From: Verrucomicrobiota bacterium
GTDB lineage: Bacteria; Verrucomicrobiota; Verrucomicrobiia; Limisphaerales; AAA164-E04
DNA: 64,000 nucleotides
Direction: 5' to 3'
Assembly: GCA_047947115.1 (NCBI GenBank)
Contig: CP170459.1
Span: forward strand, 4,480,001-4,544,000
Shown here: positions 19,012 through 28,613 of the stretch, in pieces
Position numbering within the stretch: the stretch's first letter is position 1
How the letters are laid out: every line of letters begins with the position of its first letter
Position numbers and translations under genes: made by a program
Notes under the pieces: generated by a model
The model's database searches: none
What the model saw: only the letters and a program-made list of their open reading frames with translations
Told to the model about the DNA's origin: nothing

Positions 19012-20652
19012 ATGAATCACCTATACCTGATTGAAGATCTCGGACTGATGCTGGTGGCGGCCAGTTTTATGATGCTGATCACAAAGCGTCTTAAAACACC
19101 CGCCGTGGTCAACTATCTCCTGGCAGGGTTGTTGATCGGCCCGGGATTTGGGTTGATTCATGAAACGGAACACCTCGATTTCCTTTCGGAAACGGGCGTG
19201 ATCCTGCTCCTGTTCCTGGTCGGCATCGAGCTCAATATCCGACACTTCAAAGCCGCCGGAAAGGAGGTACTATGGACCGGATCCATCCAGATGGTTTCAA
19301 CCTTCCTGTTCATTTACAGTGTCATTTTCCTGCTGGGGTACGCCAACCAGACCGCCTGGATTCTGGGGCTCACTTTCATGTTCAGCAGCACGGTGGTCGT
19401 GGTCAAATTATTGCAGGAACATCGCGAATCAAAAGCTTTTCACGGCCGCATCGCGATCGGAATACTGCTGCTCCAGGATGTGGCAGCATTGGCGGCAATC
19501 ACATGGGTTTCAAGCATGAGTCCGTCGGGAGAAGGATCTGGCGGCTCGAGCTGGCTGATTTTGACCAAAGCCGTCACAGGTATGGGGACGTTGATCCTGA
19601 CAGCCTGGCTGGCCTCAAAGTTCCTGATCAATCCGGCACTAAACTGGTCGCTCCCCATTCCCGGCATGATGTTCATCTGGAGTCTGGCATGGTGCTTTCT
19701 CTTCGTGTCCCTCGCCCACGTTTTCGGGTTGTCACATGAAATAGGAGCCTTCCTGGCCGGACTCAGCCTGGCCCAATCCCAATACAACATGGAGCTGAAG
19801 CGAAGAGTGCACCCTCTGATGAACTTTTTCGTCGTGATCTTCTTTGTGCTGCTGGGCGCAAAGATAAAATTGGATCTGAGTGTGACCATGTGGGTTCACG
19901 TTTTCATGCTGTCGGTCCTGGTCATGATTTTAAAATTTGCCGTGGTTGGCGGTACGCTCTGGGCAATGGGCAGACGAAGCGAAGGAACCCTGTTGAGCGG
20001 ACTGCACCTGGCACAAATCAGTGAATTCTCCCTCATCCTGATTGCCCTTGCAGCCAGACAAGAATTGGTGTCTCCAGAGATTCAAACACTTGTTGCGTGG
20101 ACTGGTATCATCACTATTGCGGTTTCTTCCTACGCCATCCTTTTTCGAAAGCAGCTCTTGCGCTGGTTGCGTCACAGCAAGAGCTGCAGCCAGTATTTTG
20201 AATGGAAACAACGAGATGACGAACCCAGGGAGGAAAGCCCTTTGGAATCGTCGGCGATTCTGGTCATCGGCATGAATGCCATGGGACGTGACATCGTCAC
20301 ACGACTGGTGGCAAGTGGAGAAAAGGTCACCGCCATCGATTCCGATCCCAACAAGCTGAAAGGGCTTAAATGCCGTACCATTCATGGTAACATCCATGAC
20401 TGGGACCTGCTGGAGGCGGCAGGGTTTGAGCACGCCACAATGATTGTCTCGGCGTTGCAGATCGAGGAGGCCAACCAACTGCTGGCATTTCGAGCCCAGC
20501 AAGCAAACATTCCCTGTTGTGTCATGACGCCGGACACACATGCCATCCCTGCCCTGCTGGATCTAGGTGTCAGTTATTTCATGACCCCGTTCGCGGACGG
20601 CATCAAGCGTCAACGAGCCGAATTGGTGGAAAGAGGATTGTTGAAATCATGA
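19012..20652 (+). CDS. CPA2 cation:proton antiporter (Kef-like) with C-terminal TrkA-N/RCK domain
   Basis: About 12 TM segments, FSSTVVVVKLL, LLLQD, GAFLAG, QISEFS and ILVIGMNAMG motifs. Confidence 0.9.
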   Translation: MNHLYLIEDLGLMLVAASFMMLITKRLKTPAVVNYLLAGLLIGPGFGLIHETEHLDFLSETGVILLLFLVGIELNIRHFKAAGKEVLWTGSIQMVSTFLFIYSVIFLLGYANQTAWILGLTFMFSSTVVVVKLLQEHRESKAFHGRIAIGILLLQDVAALAAITWVSSMSPSGEGSGGSSWLILTKAVTGMGTLILTAWLASKFLINPALNWSLPIPGMMFIWSLAWCFLFVSLAHVFGLSHEIGAFLAGLSLAQSQYNMELKRRVHPLMNFFVVIFFVLLGAKIKLDLSVTMWVHVFMLSVLVMILKFAVVGGTLWAMGRRSEGTLLSGLHLAQISEFSLILIALAARQELVSPEIQTLVAWTGIITIAVSSYAILFRKQLLRWLRHSKSCSQYFEWKQRDDEPREESPLESSAILVIGMNAMGRDIVTRLVASGEKVTAIDSDPNKLKGLKCRTIHGNIHDWDLLEAAGFEHATMIVSALQIEEANQLLAFRAQQANIPCCVMTPDTHAIPALLDLGVSYFMTPFADGIKRQRAELVERGLLKS

Positions 20653-22223
20653 CGGAACTACTCTTACTGCTGATCATCGCCGGAACCGGTTTGGGTATTG
20701 CCCGCAAACTGAAAATGCCGGCCATTCCGTTCTGGATCCTCGGAGGATTGATCGCCGGACAGTTCACCTCTTCTATCGAGACCTCCCTGCTTGAACAAAT
20801 GCTGGAGATGGGGCTGATCTTCCTCGTGTTCGCTTCCGGCATGGAACTCAACCCAAAGCGATTTCAACATCAATGGTCCATCGTTTGGCGCGTAAGCATC
20901 CTGCAGTTTGCGGCCTTGGTCTGCATAGGATGGCTGGCAGCCGTTGCCATGGGTTTCGGGGCCCGTGAGGCATGCTACCCGGCGGTTGCCATGGGAACCA
21001 GTTCCACCCTGCTTGCCATTCGCCTGCTGATCCAAGGAAGAAAAATGTACGAACCTTTCGCCCGGATGGTGATCGGTGTGCTGTTGATTCAGGATCTGCT
21101 GATGATTCTGATGGTGGTGATACTGGTAAAATCAGATGGCGGCTGGCTGCATGTCTCCAAAGGACTGTTTGCGGGATCCTGTCTTGGAGGTCTGGCATGG
21201 GGAATCCGTCAACGATTTTGGACTTTTTTCCTCAAGAAATTTGATTCAGACGAGGAATCGTTTCTTTTGATCCTGCTTTCCACCATGTTCCTCTTTGTCA
21301 GTGCGGCCCATTATCTGGATCTTCCTTTGATTGCGGGAGCTTTCTTTGGTGGATTAAGTCTGAGTTCTTTCCCTGTCCAGGGGCTGGCCAAAGGGGTGAT
21401 GACTTCCTTGTCAGACTTCTTTTTCGCACTTTTCTTTACCGCACTTGGTCATTACGCCGGGATTCCCCTGTCATGGGTCTTCTGGGCGCAAGCCGCGGCC
21501 TTCGCGCTGCTGGTCATCGTCATCACACCGGCATTGGTTGCCCTGATCGCCGAACGCGCCGGACTCACCGCCCGCCACGCAATCGAAGGCGGCATTTTAT
21601 TGGCACAAACAAGTGAATTCGCATTGGTTCTGGGTTTGGCTGGGCATTTGTCGGATAGCGGACTACCAGTCGAACGCATCAGCCAAATCGCTTTGATGTC
21701 GGTAATGACCATGACCATTACCCCATTGCTGGCAAATGACCGGGTGACGCAATGGTTGCTGAAATTTCATCCCTTTCGCAACCGACATCATATCGAGGAA
21801 ACCTGGAAGGGTCATGTCCTCGTACTGGGTTTTGGCAGTGCAGGCGACTATGTCATCCACCCGTTTCTTGAAACAGGTGATACCGTCGTAGTGGTGGATG
21901 AAGATCCCGCTGTCATCGCCAAGCTCCAGTCCAAAGGCAAGGTGGTCGCCATCCGGGGAGACGGAGCGGATCGGGCACTGTTGGATCAACTCCACGCACG
22001 TCAGGCAAAACTCATCCTGGCTGCGATGCGGCGCCCTGAAGAAGCCGAAGGTGTCATCCAATTTGTATCCGGATGCACCCCAGTTTTTGCCCGTGTCTTC
22101 GAACCCAAAGATGCGGACCGTATCCGACAACTGGGCGGAACACCCATTTTGAATTCAATGGCCAGCGCAGAAGCGTTTCTGGAGTGGTATCAGGCAGTGG
22201 GTAAGGAAATGACCGGCCATTGA
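20649..22223 (+). CDS. Second CPA2 cation:proton antiporter with TrkA-N/RCK domain
   Basis: ATGA overlap with the upstream paralog. TSSTLL, LLIQD, GAFFGG, QTSEF and VLGFGSAG motifs. Confidence 0.9.
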   Translation: MTELLLLLIIAGTGLGIARKLKMPAIPFWILGGLIAGQFTSSIETSLLEQMLEMGLIFLVFASGMELNPKRFQHQWSIVWRVSILQFAALVCIGWLAAVAMGFGAREACYPAVAMGTSSTLLAIRLLIQGRKMYEPFARMVIGVLLIQDLLMILMVVILVKSDGGWLHVSKGLFAGSCLGGLAWGIRQRFWTFFLKKFDSDEESFLLILLSTMFLFVSAAHYLDLPLIAGAFFGGLSLSSFPVQGLAKGVMTSLSDFFFALFFTALGHYAGIPLSWVFWAQAAAFALLVIVITPALVALIAERAGLTARHAIEGGILLAQTSEFALVLGLAGHLSDSGLPVERISQIALMSVMTMTITPLLANDRVTQWLLKFHPFRNRHHIEETWKGHVLVLGFGSAGDYVIHPFLETGDTVVVVDEDPAVIAKLQSKGKVVAIRGDGADRALLDQLHARQAKLILAAMRRPEEAEGVIQFVSGCTPVFARVFEPKDADRIRQLGGTPILNSMASAEAFLEWYQAVGKEMTGH

Positions 22224-22250
22224 GCGGATAACTCAGGAAACTGCCGACTT

Positions 22251-22937
22251 CTAATCACCGTCAGTGGGATCGGAATCGGAAGTTTCATCCGACGAAGGAG
22301 CATGTTCTTGAATGAAGTAGCTCAGGTTTTCAAGTTCGATGGCGAGATTAACGTTGTTGACCGTCACTCCCTCGGGAGTCAGGAGCACAATCGGGGCAAA
22401 GTTAAGAATCCCGGTGACGCCGTTTTCTATCAACACATTGACGATCGATTGAGCAGCTTCCACCGGCACGCAAAGTATGGCCATACGAACCTGATGCTCA
22501 GACAGCACCTTAGGGATTTCATCCATAGGACGCACAGGGATCTCCATGAATTTCCCAAGAGCGACAACCCCGGGGTTGGCATCAAAGGCAGAAACGATCT
22601 CAAAGCCCTCCCTTTCAAATCCCTTATATGAAATGAGCGCCTTGCCGAGATTCCCCACACCAATCAGCACGACCGGCTGCAAGGTGTTTGTCCCCAGAAC
22701 TTCGGCTATCATCTCAGTCAATTGATTGACATCATAACCCAGCCCCCGGGTTCCAAACTGGCCAAAATAGGTCAGATCCTTGCGTAGTTGAGTGGGTTTG
22801 ACTCCGGCAGCACTGGATAAGGCCTGGCTGGAAACTGTTTCCAACCCATTGGCTTTAAGCCGCATCAGACAACGCATATACACAGACAGCCGATAAACTG
22901 CCTGACGCGGAATTTCACCTTTCAATGTTTTTTTCAA
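22251..22937 (-). CDS. rex: Redox-sensing transcriptional repressor Rex
   Basis: RLSVYMRCL, QLRKDL.YFG.FG.RGLGY, IGVGNLGKAL and ILNFAP motifs. Confidence 0.93.
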   Translation of the reverse strand: MKKTLKGEIPRQAVYRLSVYMRCLMRLKANGLETVSSQALSSAAGVKPTQLRKDLTYFGQFGTRGLGYDVNQLTEMIAEVLGTNTLQPVVLIGVGNLGKALISYKGFEREGFEIVSAFDANPGVVALGKFMEIPVRPMDEIPKVLSEHQVRMAILCVPVEAAQSIVNVLIENGVTGILNFAPIVLLTPEGVTVNNVNLAIELENLSYFIQEHAPSSDETSDSDPTDGD

Positions 22938-23294
22938 TCCGACTCACCTTCATTCAGATCCATGCAAACCGCAACATTCAGCCCCATCATTTAACCCTGT
23001 CGCATGGAGAAAAACTATCCACAAACCCCTCTGAGAAGAAGCGATTTTATTCCAGAACCAAACCGGACATGTCAAGGAACAAGCACAAAGAAAAATCCAG
23101 CTCATATCCTGAACTTGTCAAACCTCTCCTACCTGGGTCCACTTCATTCACCCAACTCCGCGCAAAGAACCAGCCATCGATGAGAGCGAATCATGACCCT
23201 CTCAAAATAAATGTTGGATCGGCGACTTTTCTATTGCATTAGACGCCTCAACGCCTATTTTAGCGGACTGGTTAACTCGAAGGAGAAGAGCACA

Positions 23295-23519
23295 TTGAAC
23301 ACGGATTTAGTAAAAATAGCATTGGACAAGGTCACCAACCCGAACATCCTGGTGAACCTGGTGTCACGACGCGTGCGGCAACTCAGTTCCGGAGGAGGCG
23401 GAATGAGCCGCCCTCTGATCGACTCGGCCAAGCCGCTTGGCACAGCCGATACCGCGCTGGAAGAAATCGTTCAGGATAAGATTTCTTACGAAAGGCTCAA
23501 GGAAGAAGAAATGCAGTAA
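23295..23519 (+). CDS. rpoZ: RNA polymerase omega subunit-like protein
   Basis: TTG start after AGGAG. ALDKVTNPNILVNLVSRRVRQL...ALEEI pattern of omega subunits. Confidence 0.7.
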   Translation: MNTDLVKIALDKVTNPNILVNLVSRRVRQLSSGGGGMSRPLIDSAKPLGTADTALEEIVQDKISYERLKEEEMQ

Positions 23520-23583
23520 TGCAGCTTCTCCATTGAAGGGGCTGCCCGGCAAGCATTCGGAACAAGCCCATACCACACTTTCA

Positions 23584-23610
23584 AGCCGGAAGCTCACTTC
23601 CGGTTTTTTT
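23584..23610 (+). terminator. Intrinsic terminator-like hairpin between rpoZ and smpB
   Basis: AGCCGGAAG-CTCA-CTTCCGGTT followed by a T-run. Confidence 0.65.
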
Positions 23611-23622
23611 GTCCCATCACCC

Positions 23623-24096
23623 ATGGCCAAGAAAAACAACTCAAACGAAATCGCAAGTAATCCCAAGGCTCGACGGGATTACCATATCCTGGAGTTGTTC
23701 GAAGCCGGCATCGTGCTGCACGGCACCGAGGTTAAATCCTTGAGAGCAGGCAAAGGGGTCATTCGAGATGCCTATGTGCGCGTGGAAAACATGGAAGTCT
23801 GGCTTTACAACGCCCACATAGAAGAATACGCCTTCGGCAACTGGATCAACCATGATCCCAAAGCCCGTCGTAAGTTACTCCTCAACAAATCCGAAATCCG
23901 CAAACTTTTCGGACTGGGCGACATCAAGGGCAACGCCATCTTTCCCCTCTCCCTTTTCTGGAAGAATGGCAAGGTCAAAGTCAAGCTCGCCATCGGCAGA
24001 GGCAAAGTGCAGCATGACAAACGCGAAGACCTCAAACGACGCGACTCAGACCGCGAACTCAAACGCGCCATGATGCAACAGTTCAAAGGGAAGTGA
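23623..24096 (+). CDS. smpB: SsrA-binding protein SmpB
   Basis: N.KARRDYHILE.FEAGIVL.GTEVKSLR, RKLLL.K.EI and GRGK...DKRE motifs. Confidence 0.96.
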   Translation: MAKKNNSNEIASNPKARRDYHILELFEAGIVLHGTEVKSLRAGKGVIRDAYVRVENMEVWLYNAHIEEYAFGNWINHDPKARRKLLLNKSEIRKLFGLGDIKGNAIFPLSLFWKNGKVKVKLAIGRGKVQHDKREDLKRRDSDRELKRAMMQQFKGK

Positions 24097-24438
24097 CCTG
24101 CTGTGCCGGGCAGGTAGGCGACTGCGGGATGCCTGGCGCGTCCCTTGTGGCGTTCAAAAGTCCATCCATTTCCGTTTGGGAAGCCAGCGATACTCAACAA
24201 CCAATCCTTTAGACAACCAACTCCAAAGGGAACTGTCGCTCGGTGGCATCAGGCTTTCCATTGAATGACATGCCTGTTCAAGTAAAGCCACGAGTTGCGG
24301 GCCGAGATCCAGATTCGTCGGGACTCTACCTGACCTCACCCCAACCCGAATTGTGTTACCCATGTTCTTGAACATAAATGTTACCCATGTCTTGAACTCA
24401 CCGATCATTGATCATTCACCATTCACCATTCACCATTT

Positions 24439-24467
24439 AAAAAGGCCGGATCCCTGGGGATCCGGCC
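24439..24467 (-). terminator. Intrinsic terminator of the large secreted protein gene
   Basis: GGCCGGATCCC-TG-GGGATCCGGCC stem with an A-run on the plus strand (T-run on minus). Adjacent to three copies of CATTCAC. Confidence 0.75.
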
Positions 24468-24502
24468 GTGTATTTTCCAAACGTTATTGTGTCTTACTCA
24501 AA

Positions 24503-27500
24503 TTATTCAGCGATGTAGAACCGGGCGGATTGATCAGGAGCCACCGAGTATGGAGAGGTCGCGCCGGCGACCGGAGCAAATGGGCCGGTCACAGTAGCAG
24601 AACTCTTCAGGGTACCTTCAAATTCGATGACCACACTGCCGTCTGAAAGGGCAATGGAGTTGACCTGACCGGCACCGGCTGGAGGTTCAGGTTGCTCAGG
24701 AGTGAATGGAACTTCGCGCATACCTGCTTCATAGTGTGCTTTGACGCGGTCGGCAGAAAGCGCGGTATTGTACAACGCTGCTTCATCCAACCAACCGTCA
24801 TACCACATCAAGTCACCTGTCGCCCAATAATCGGGAGAGAAGGTTCCGCTGGCAATAAAATCATTCAGAACCGCTTCTTCGTTGCGTGCACCAAATGCGA
24901 CATCGTCCGTGTGGTTATAGAGCAAGTGAACGCCACTCACCTCGGCAAACTGCTCGCCATTGAGATAACCGGTGAGGGTTCCTTCGAAACCATCGACCTC
25001 AGCATCCCCATTCATGACAAACACGGCGTGATAAACCGTATTGGCCTTAATTGTGGTACTGATTCCAACCGGCTCTCCATTGCTACCGATACCACCGGTC
25101 TGTTCAAACGGAAGGATACCTCCCCATATCTGCTCGGCACGATTGATGGCAGTAAACCACAATTCAGCCTCCTGAGGATTGGGACCGGGCTGTGAGCCTC
25201 GCAGGTAAACATTCAAACCACGGGTAGCTCCTCCTTGCTCATAGATAATTTGAGCATCGGCAACATCCGCAGCAAATCCCGCCCCAAGAGGCTCGTTAGA
25301 AGGAAGATTGCGCGCCTTGAACCAAAGCTCAATGGTCTTCTCCTTCCAGGCAGGATTGCCGGCAGCGTTGTTGATATCCTGATGATCCGGAATGTCGAGA
25401 TAAGATCCCTTTGATGCATCAAACAACACTGCCGCTGAAGCAGCGCCAGGCACCAAACGTTCTTCACCGAGAGCAGGCCCATTATAGTATGTGCCTACGA
25501 TTCCACCGCCCAATTCACTCACGGCCACGCCTCCGGAAGTTTCACTAAATGTCCAGTAAGCGAAAGGCTGATCTTCAAGTACGGCTGCCATTCCTCTGGG
25601 CACTGTAAAGCGGTATTCGACCGTTCGTGTCACCGGAGGATTGCTGTTTTCAGTGTATGTGAGGACCGCCAAGTGATCCCCCCCGGCGAATGGAACCGGG
25701 TTTTTAAAGGATGTGGTGATATCGCTGCCATTGACTTTGACGTTGGGCGGAATCACGAGTGCCCCATCTACGCTCAACTGCACAGAATCACGATTCACTT
25801 TGGTGTCTCCATTGGTAATGGTAAAGGCCACTTCATCAGCCAGGGTCCCGGAGAGAGGTTCGAAGTGTGAAACGTAAGGACGTGTCAGGGCCTTATTATA
25901 GGCCTTGATCGCGTTTGGATTATTGCGGTCGTTGATCAGGATTTTTTCTCCGTCCACAACGCTGAAGAATTCAACGCTTGATCCGCCTCCACCTTCAAAA
26001 TACAGCAGGCGGGTAGGATAAAATCCAGCCTCTTCAACATAGATATCAAACAGTGAATCGCTCGCACCACGCCCACCGTCAAACTCCCCGACACCTCGTG
26101 CCAACAGATCCTTGGTGGAAGGTCCCATCGTGACCTGGAATCCATCGTCACTGTTGACACCCAGAGTGTGCCAGCCTTGGGATAATTCAAGATAAGTAAG
26201 GAATTCAGCGGCAATCCCATCGATGCTGTCGTTAAATCCGGGAATATTTGGAATGAGATCATCAGGGTAACCTGTCCCATCGTTGAAGTTACCGGCAGCA
26301 AGACCTTCTTGTTCAAAATTGACCCAACTAACATCGACGGGTGAGAACTGCCAGGTACTAGCTCCAGAAGGACCAGCTTCGTTTATGTATGGATTACCAT
26401 CCACATCCGTATAACCTCCTGTGAGCTGGAAATTCGCATTGCTGATCGCATTGCCATGCAAACTATCGACACCCGTTTGAGCAATTCCGATTTGCGAAAC
26501 GTTTGCAGTGAAACCCTCGCTCGCTGTATCCACCGAATTGTTGGAGAAGAATGCCGGTATCTTGGTATATTGCTGGGTAATGGTAAAAGCCAAGTTGGCT
26601 GTATGAGAGCCACCGGAAGAATCCTTGTAATTGATAACAATGGAATGAGAACTGCCCGAATCAGGCACACTGGTGAAGGCATAGCTCACGGTGGCAACCC
26701 CACCGGTTGAATTCACATCTACATCCACAGCTTGCCCATTCAAAGTCACAGCCACACTGCCAGCGTCGACAGTTTGAGCAAATTCCTGAATAAAAATACG
26801 GAAGCCATCACGGTCGCCATCGAAAGAGGTGATGCGCGGAGATGACGCCACAGAAGCGGCGTTAAGAGAAGTTTTCTTAATCAAACCAACTATGGCTGCC
26901 TCGTTGGAAAACTCTTCAATACCTACGGCACCGGTTTGACCTTCACGCTGCGTGCTGACTGTAATGACATCGTTAGCGGATAGTCCTTCCAACAAGATGG
27001 CCATGGTCGCGGAAGCTGTATTGTGGCCGCCAGCGCTACGGATGTAGTGCGTCTTGGCTTCGGCACCGGGATAAGCAACGCCATTGATTTCCACTGTGAT
27101 GCGTGGGTTGGGACGCTGGGCAGTACTTTGAAGAAGATCGTTGTAAACCAACAGATAATCACCCGCTTGACGAACCGTAATGTTTTCGCCGCTGTGATTG
27201 TAAGTGGAGCTGTCATTGATCGCCGGGCTTTCCCAGATGATCTGTTCTTTGGTGGCAGTATTCCAGTCAGCAGGATCGGCGGCATTGGTGGTTTCGACAG
27301 CTGATGCTGTGAAGACTCCATCGTTGTCGATCTTTTCTATCATGATGGATCCCTTTTTCCCTGCGGGCAGGAAGGCGTTACCGGCATTGCCAGAGTTGGC
27401 ATACCGCAAGGTTTGTGTCGTCAATGTTTGATTGCCAGTCACTTCGACGATACCTGCAAAGTGAACGGAAGATTCAATGTGCCCATCAGCATTCCGGTTG

Positions 27501-28333
27501 TAACCATGGCGAGACTGTCCACCTGGAACAATTTGGCCATCCAAGAGAATTTCAAGACTGGGTGAAAGTCGATCCGCCGAGGCGCGTTGCAGAGGCAGGT
27601 TGACATACACAAGGTATGTCCCACTTGAAAGGCTGATGCCAGATCCACCATCCGAGTGGGAAAAGCCACTATCCTTACGGTTGGAAGCCCATGGCAATTG
27701 AACTGGATCTTCACCTGCACCTTCCCAATCGGGATTTAAGTTGACACCATCCAGAGAATCATCCGACACAGCAGAGAAAATGGTGCGCCCTGCCTCTGCT
27801 TTTTCCACAAAAAGACTGGCGGTTTGGATAGCCGTGCGAGCAGCTGGGAATGCGGTTTTCGCAGCTTTCACTTCGATCACATCTCCAGCACTCAAGCCCT
27901 GCAGCAACAGATGCGCATGGCAGGAGGTTTCGTTCTGCATGTTGGTGTTTCGAGGTTGATTACGAATATAACCTGTCCTGCCTTGTGAACCGGGTGCAGG
28001 GGCGCCGTTCACGTAAATCTCGATTTCTTGACTCGGACGGTTGTCCGGCGTATCGATCGCAATAACCGGCATGGTGGCTGCCACGATATAATCACCATCC
28101 TCCAGAACCTTCAGTTGGTGGGTGGCATTGATACTGTGCTCGAAAACCGAGGGATCGATCGAGGAACGCTCATTCCAAGCGATACTTGTAGGAGTCGCTG
28201 AGTCGAGATAGATTCCACCAACTTCAACCTGACTACCTTGCAGAAACGCCGCCTTTTCGACGGCTGCTTGACACACAGCTGTAACCATTAAGGCTAAAGC
28301 CGCACCAATCGTACATAGTTTTAGTGACTTCAT
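24503..28333 (-). CDS. Large secreted multidomain protein: three tandem C1q/BclA-like repeats, PA14-like region, LamG/ConA-like domain, short C-terminal motif
   Basis: Signal peptide MKSLKLCTIGAALALM, GVNSDDGF (PA14-like), PFAYW.F.E..G, TIELWF and GWLDEAALYNTALS (LamG). Start chosen at 28333. Confidence 0.75.
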   Translation of the reverse strand: MKSLKLCTIGAALALMVTAVCQAAVEKAAFLQGSQVEVGGIYLDSATPTSIAWNERSSIDPSVFEHSINATHQLKVLEDGDYIVAATMPVIAIDTPDNRPSQEIEIYVNGAPAPGSQGRTGYIRNQPRNTNMQNETSCHAHLLLQGLSAGDVIEVKAAKTAFPAARTAIQTASLFVEKAEAGRTIFSAVSDDSLDGVNLNPDWEGAGEDPVQLPWASNRKDSGFSHSDGGSGISLSSGTYLVYVNLPLQRASADRLSPSLEILLDGQIVPGGQSRHGYNRNADGHIESSVHFAGIVEVTGNQTLTTQTLRYANSGNAGNAFLPAGKKGSIMIEKIDNDGVFTASAVETTNAADPADWNTATKEQIIWESPAINDSSTYNHSGENITVRQAGDYLLVYNDLLQSTAQRPNPRITVEINGVAYPGAEAKTHYIRSAGGHNTASATMAILLEGLSANDVITVSTQREGQTGAVGIEEFSNEAAIVGLIKKTSLNAASVASSPRITSFDGDRDGFRIFIQEFAQTVDAGSVAVTLNGQAVDVDVNSTGGVATVSYAFTSVPDSGSSHSIVINYKDSSGGSHTANLAFTITQQYTKIPAFFSNNSVDTASEGFTANVSQIGIAQTGVDSLHGNAISNANFQLTGGYTDVDGNPYINEAGPSGASTWQFSPVDVSWVNFEQEGLAAGNFNDGTGYPDDLIPNIPGFNDSIDGIAAEFLTYLELSQGWHTLGVNSDDGFQVTMGPSTKDLLARGVGEFDGGRGASDSLFDIYVEEAGFYPTRLLYFEGGGGSSVEFFSVVDGEKILINDRNNPNAIKAYNKALTRPYVSHFEPLSGTLADEVAFTITNGDTKVNRDSVQLSVDGALVIPPNVKVNGSDITTSFKNPVPFAGGDHLAVLTYTENSNPPVTRTVEYRFTVPRGMAAVLEDQPFAYWTFSETSGGVAVSELGGGIVGTYYNGPALGEERLVPGAASAAVLFDASKGSYLDIPDHQDINNAAGNPAWKEKTIELWFKARNLPSNEPLGAGFAADVADAQIIYEQGGATRGLNVYLRGSQPGPNPQEAELWFTAINRAEQIWGGILPFEQTGGIGSNGEPVGISTTIKANTVYHAVFVMNGDAEVDGFEGTLTGYLNGEQFAEVSGVHLLYNHTDDVAFGARNEEAVLNDFIASGTFSPDYWATGDLMWYDGWLDEAALYNTALSADRVKAHYEAGMREVPFTPEQPEPPAGAGQVNSIALSDGSVVIEFEGTLKSSATVTGPFAPVAGATSPYSVAPDQSARFYIAE

Positions 28334-28613
28334 GATACAATCAATAGTTTTCAACTTGATCTGGAACGAAGATATCCAAACCATGACACGTCCGAGAGTC
28401 AACTCAAAAGCAGCAAGTATTTGATGCTTTCGATATTTTAATTTCACAAAAAATTAGCACCTCAATTCTTGACTATCCTGTTTATGTGTATATGCTCATT
28501 TATAAATTTAAGTGTCACCCCATGGTGAATCGCTAAATATTAAGGCTTTAAATGTATGATTTGATTACACGATAATCAAAACAGAACCAGTCACACCCAA
28601 TTCATCACACAAA

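Noticed and set aside
24413..24436. CATTCAC x3 tandem repeat as a phase-variation tract
   Set aside because: It lies between convergent genes beyond a terminator, so no regulatory target is apparent.
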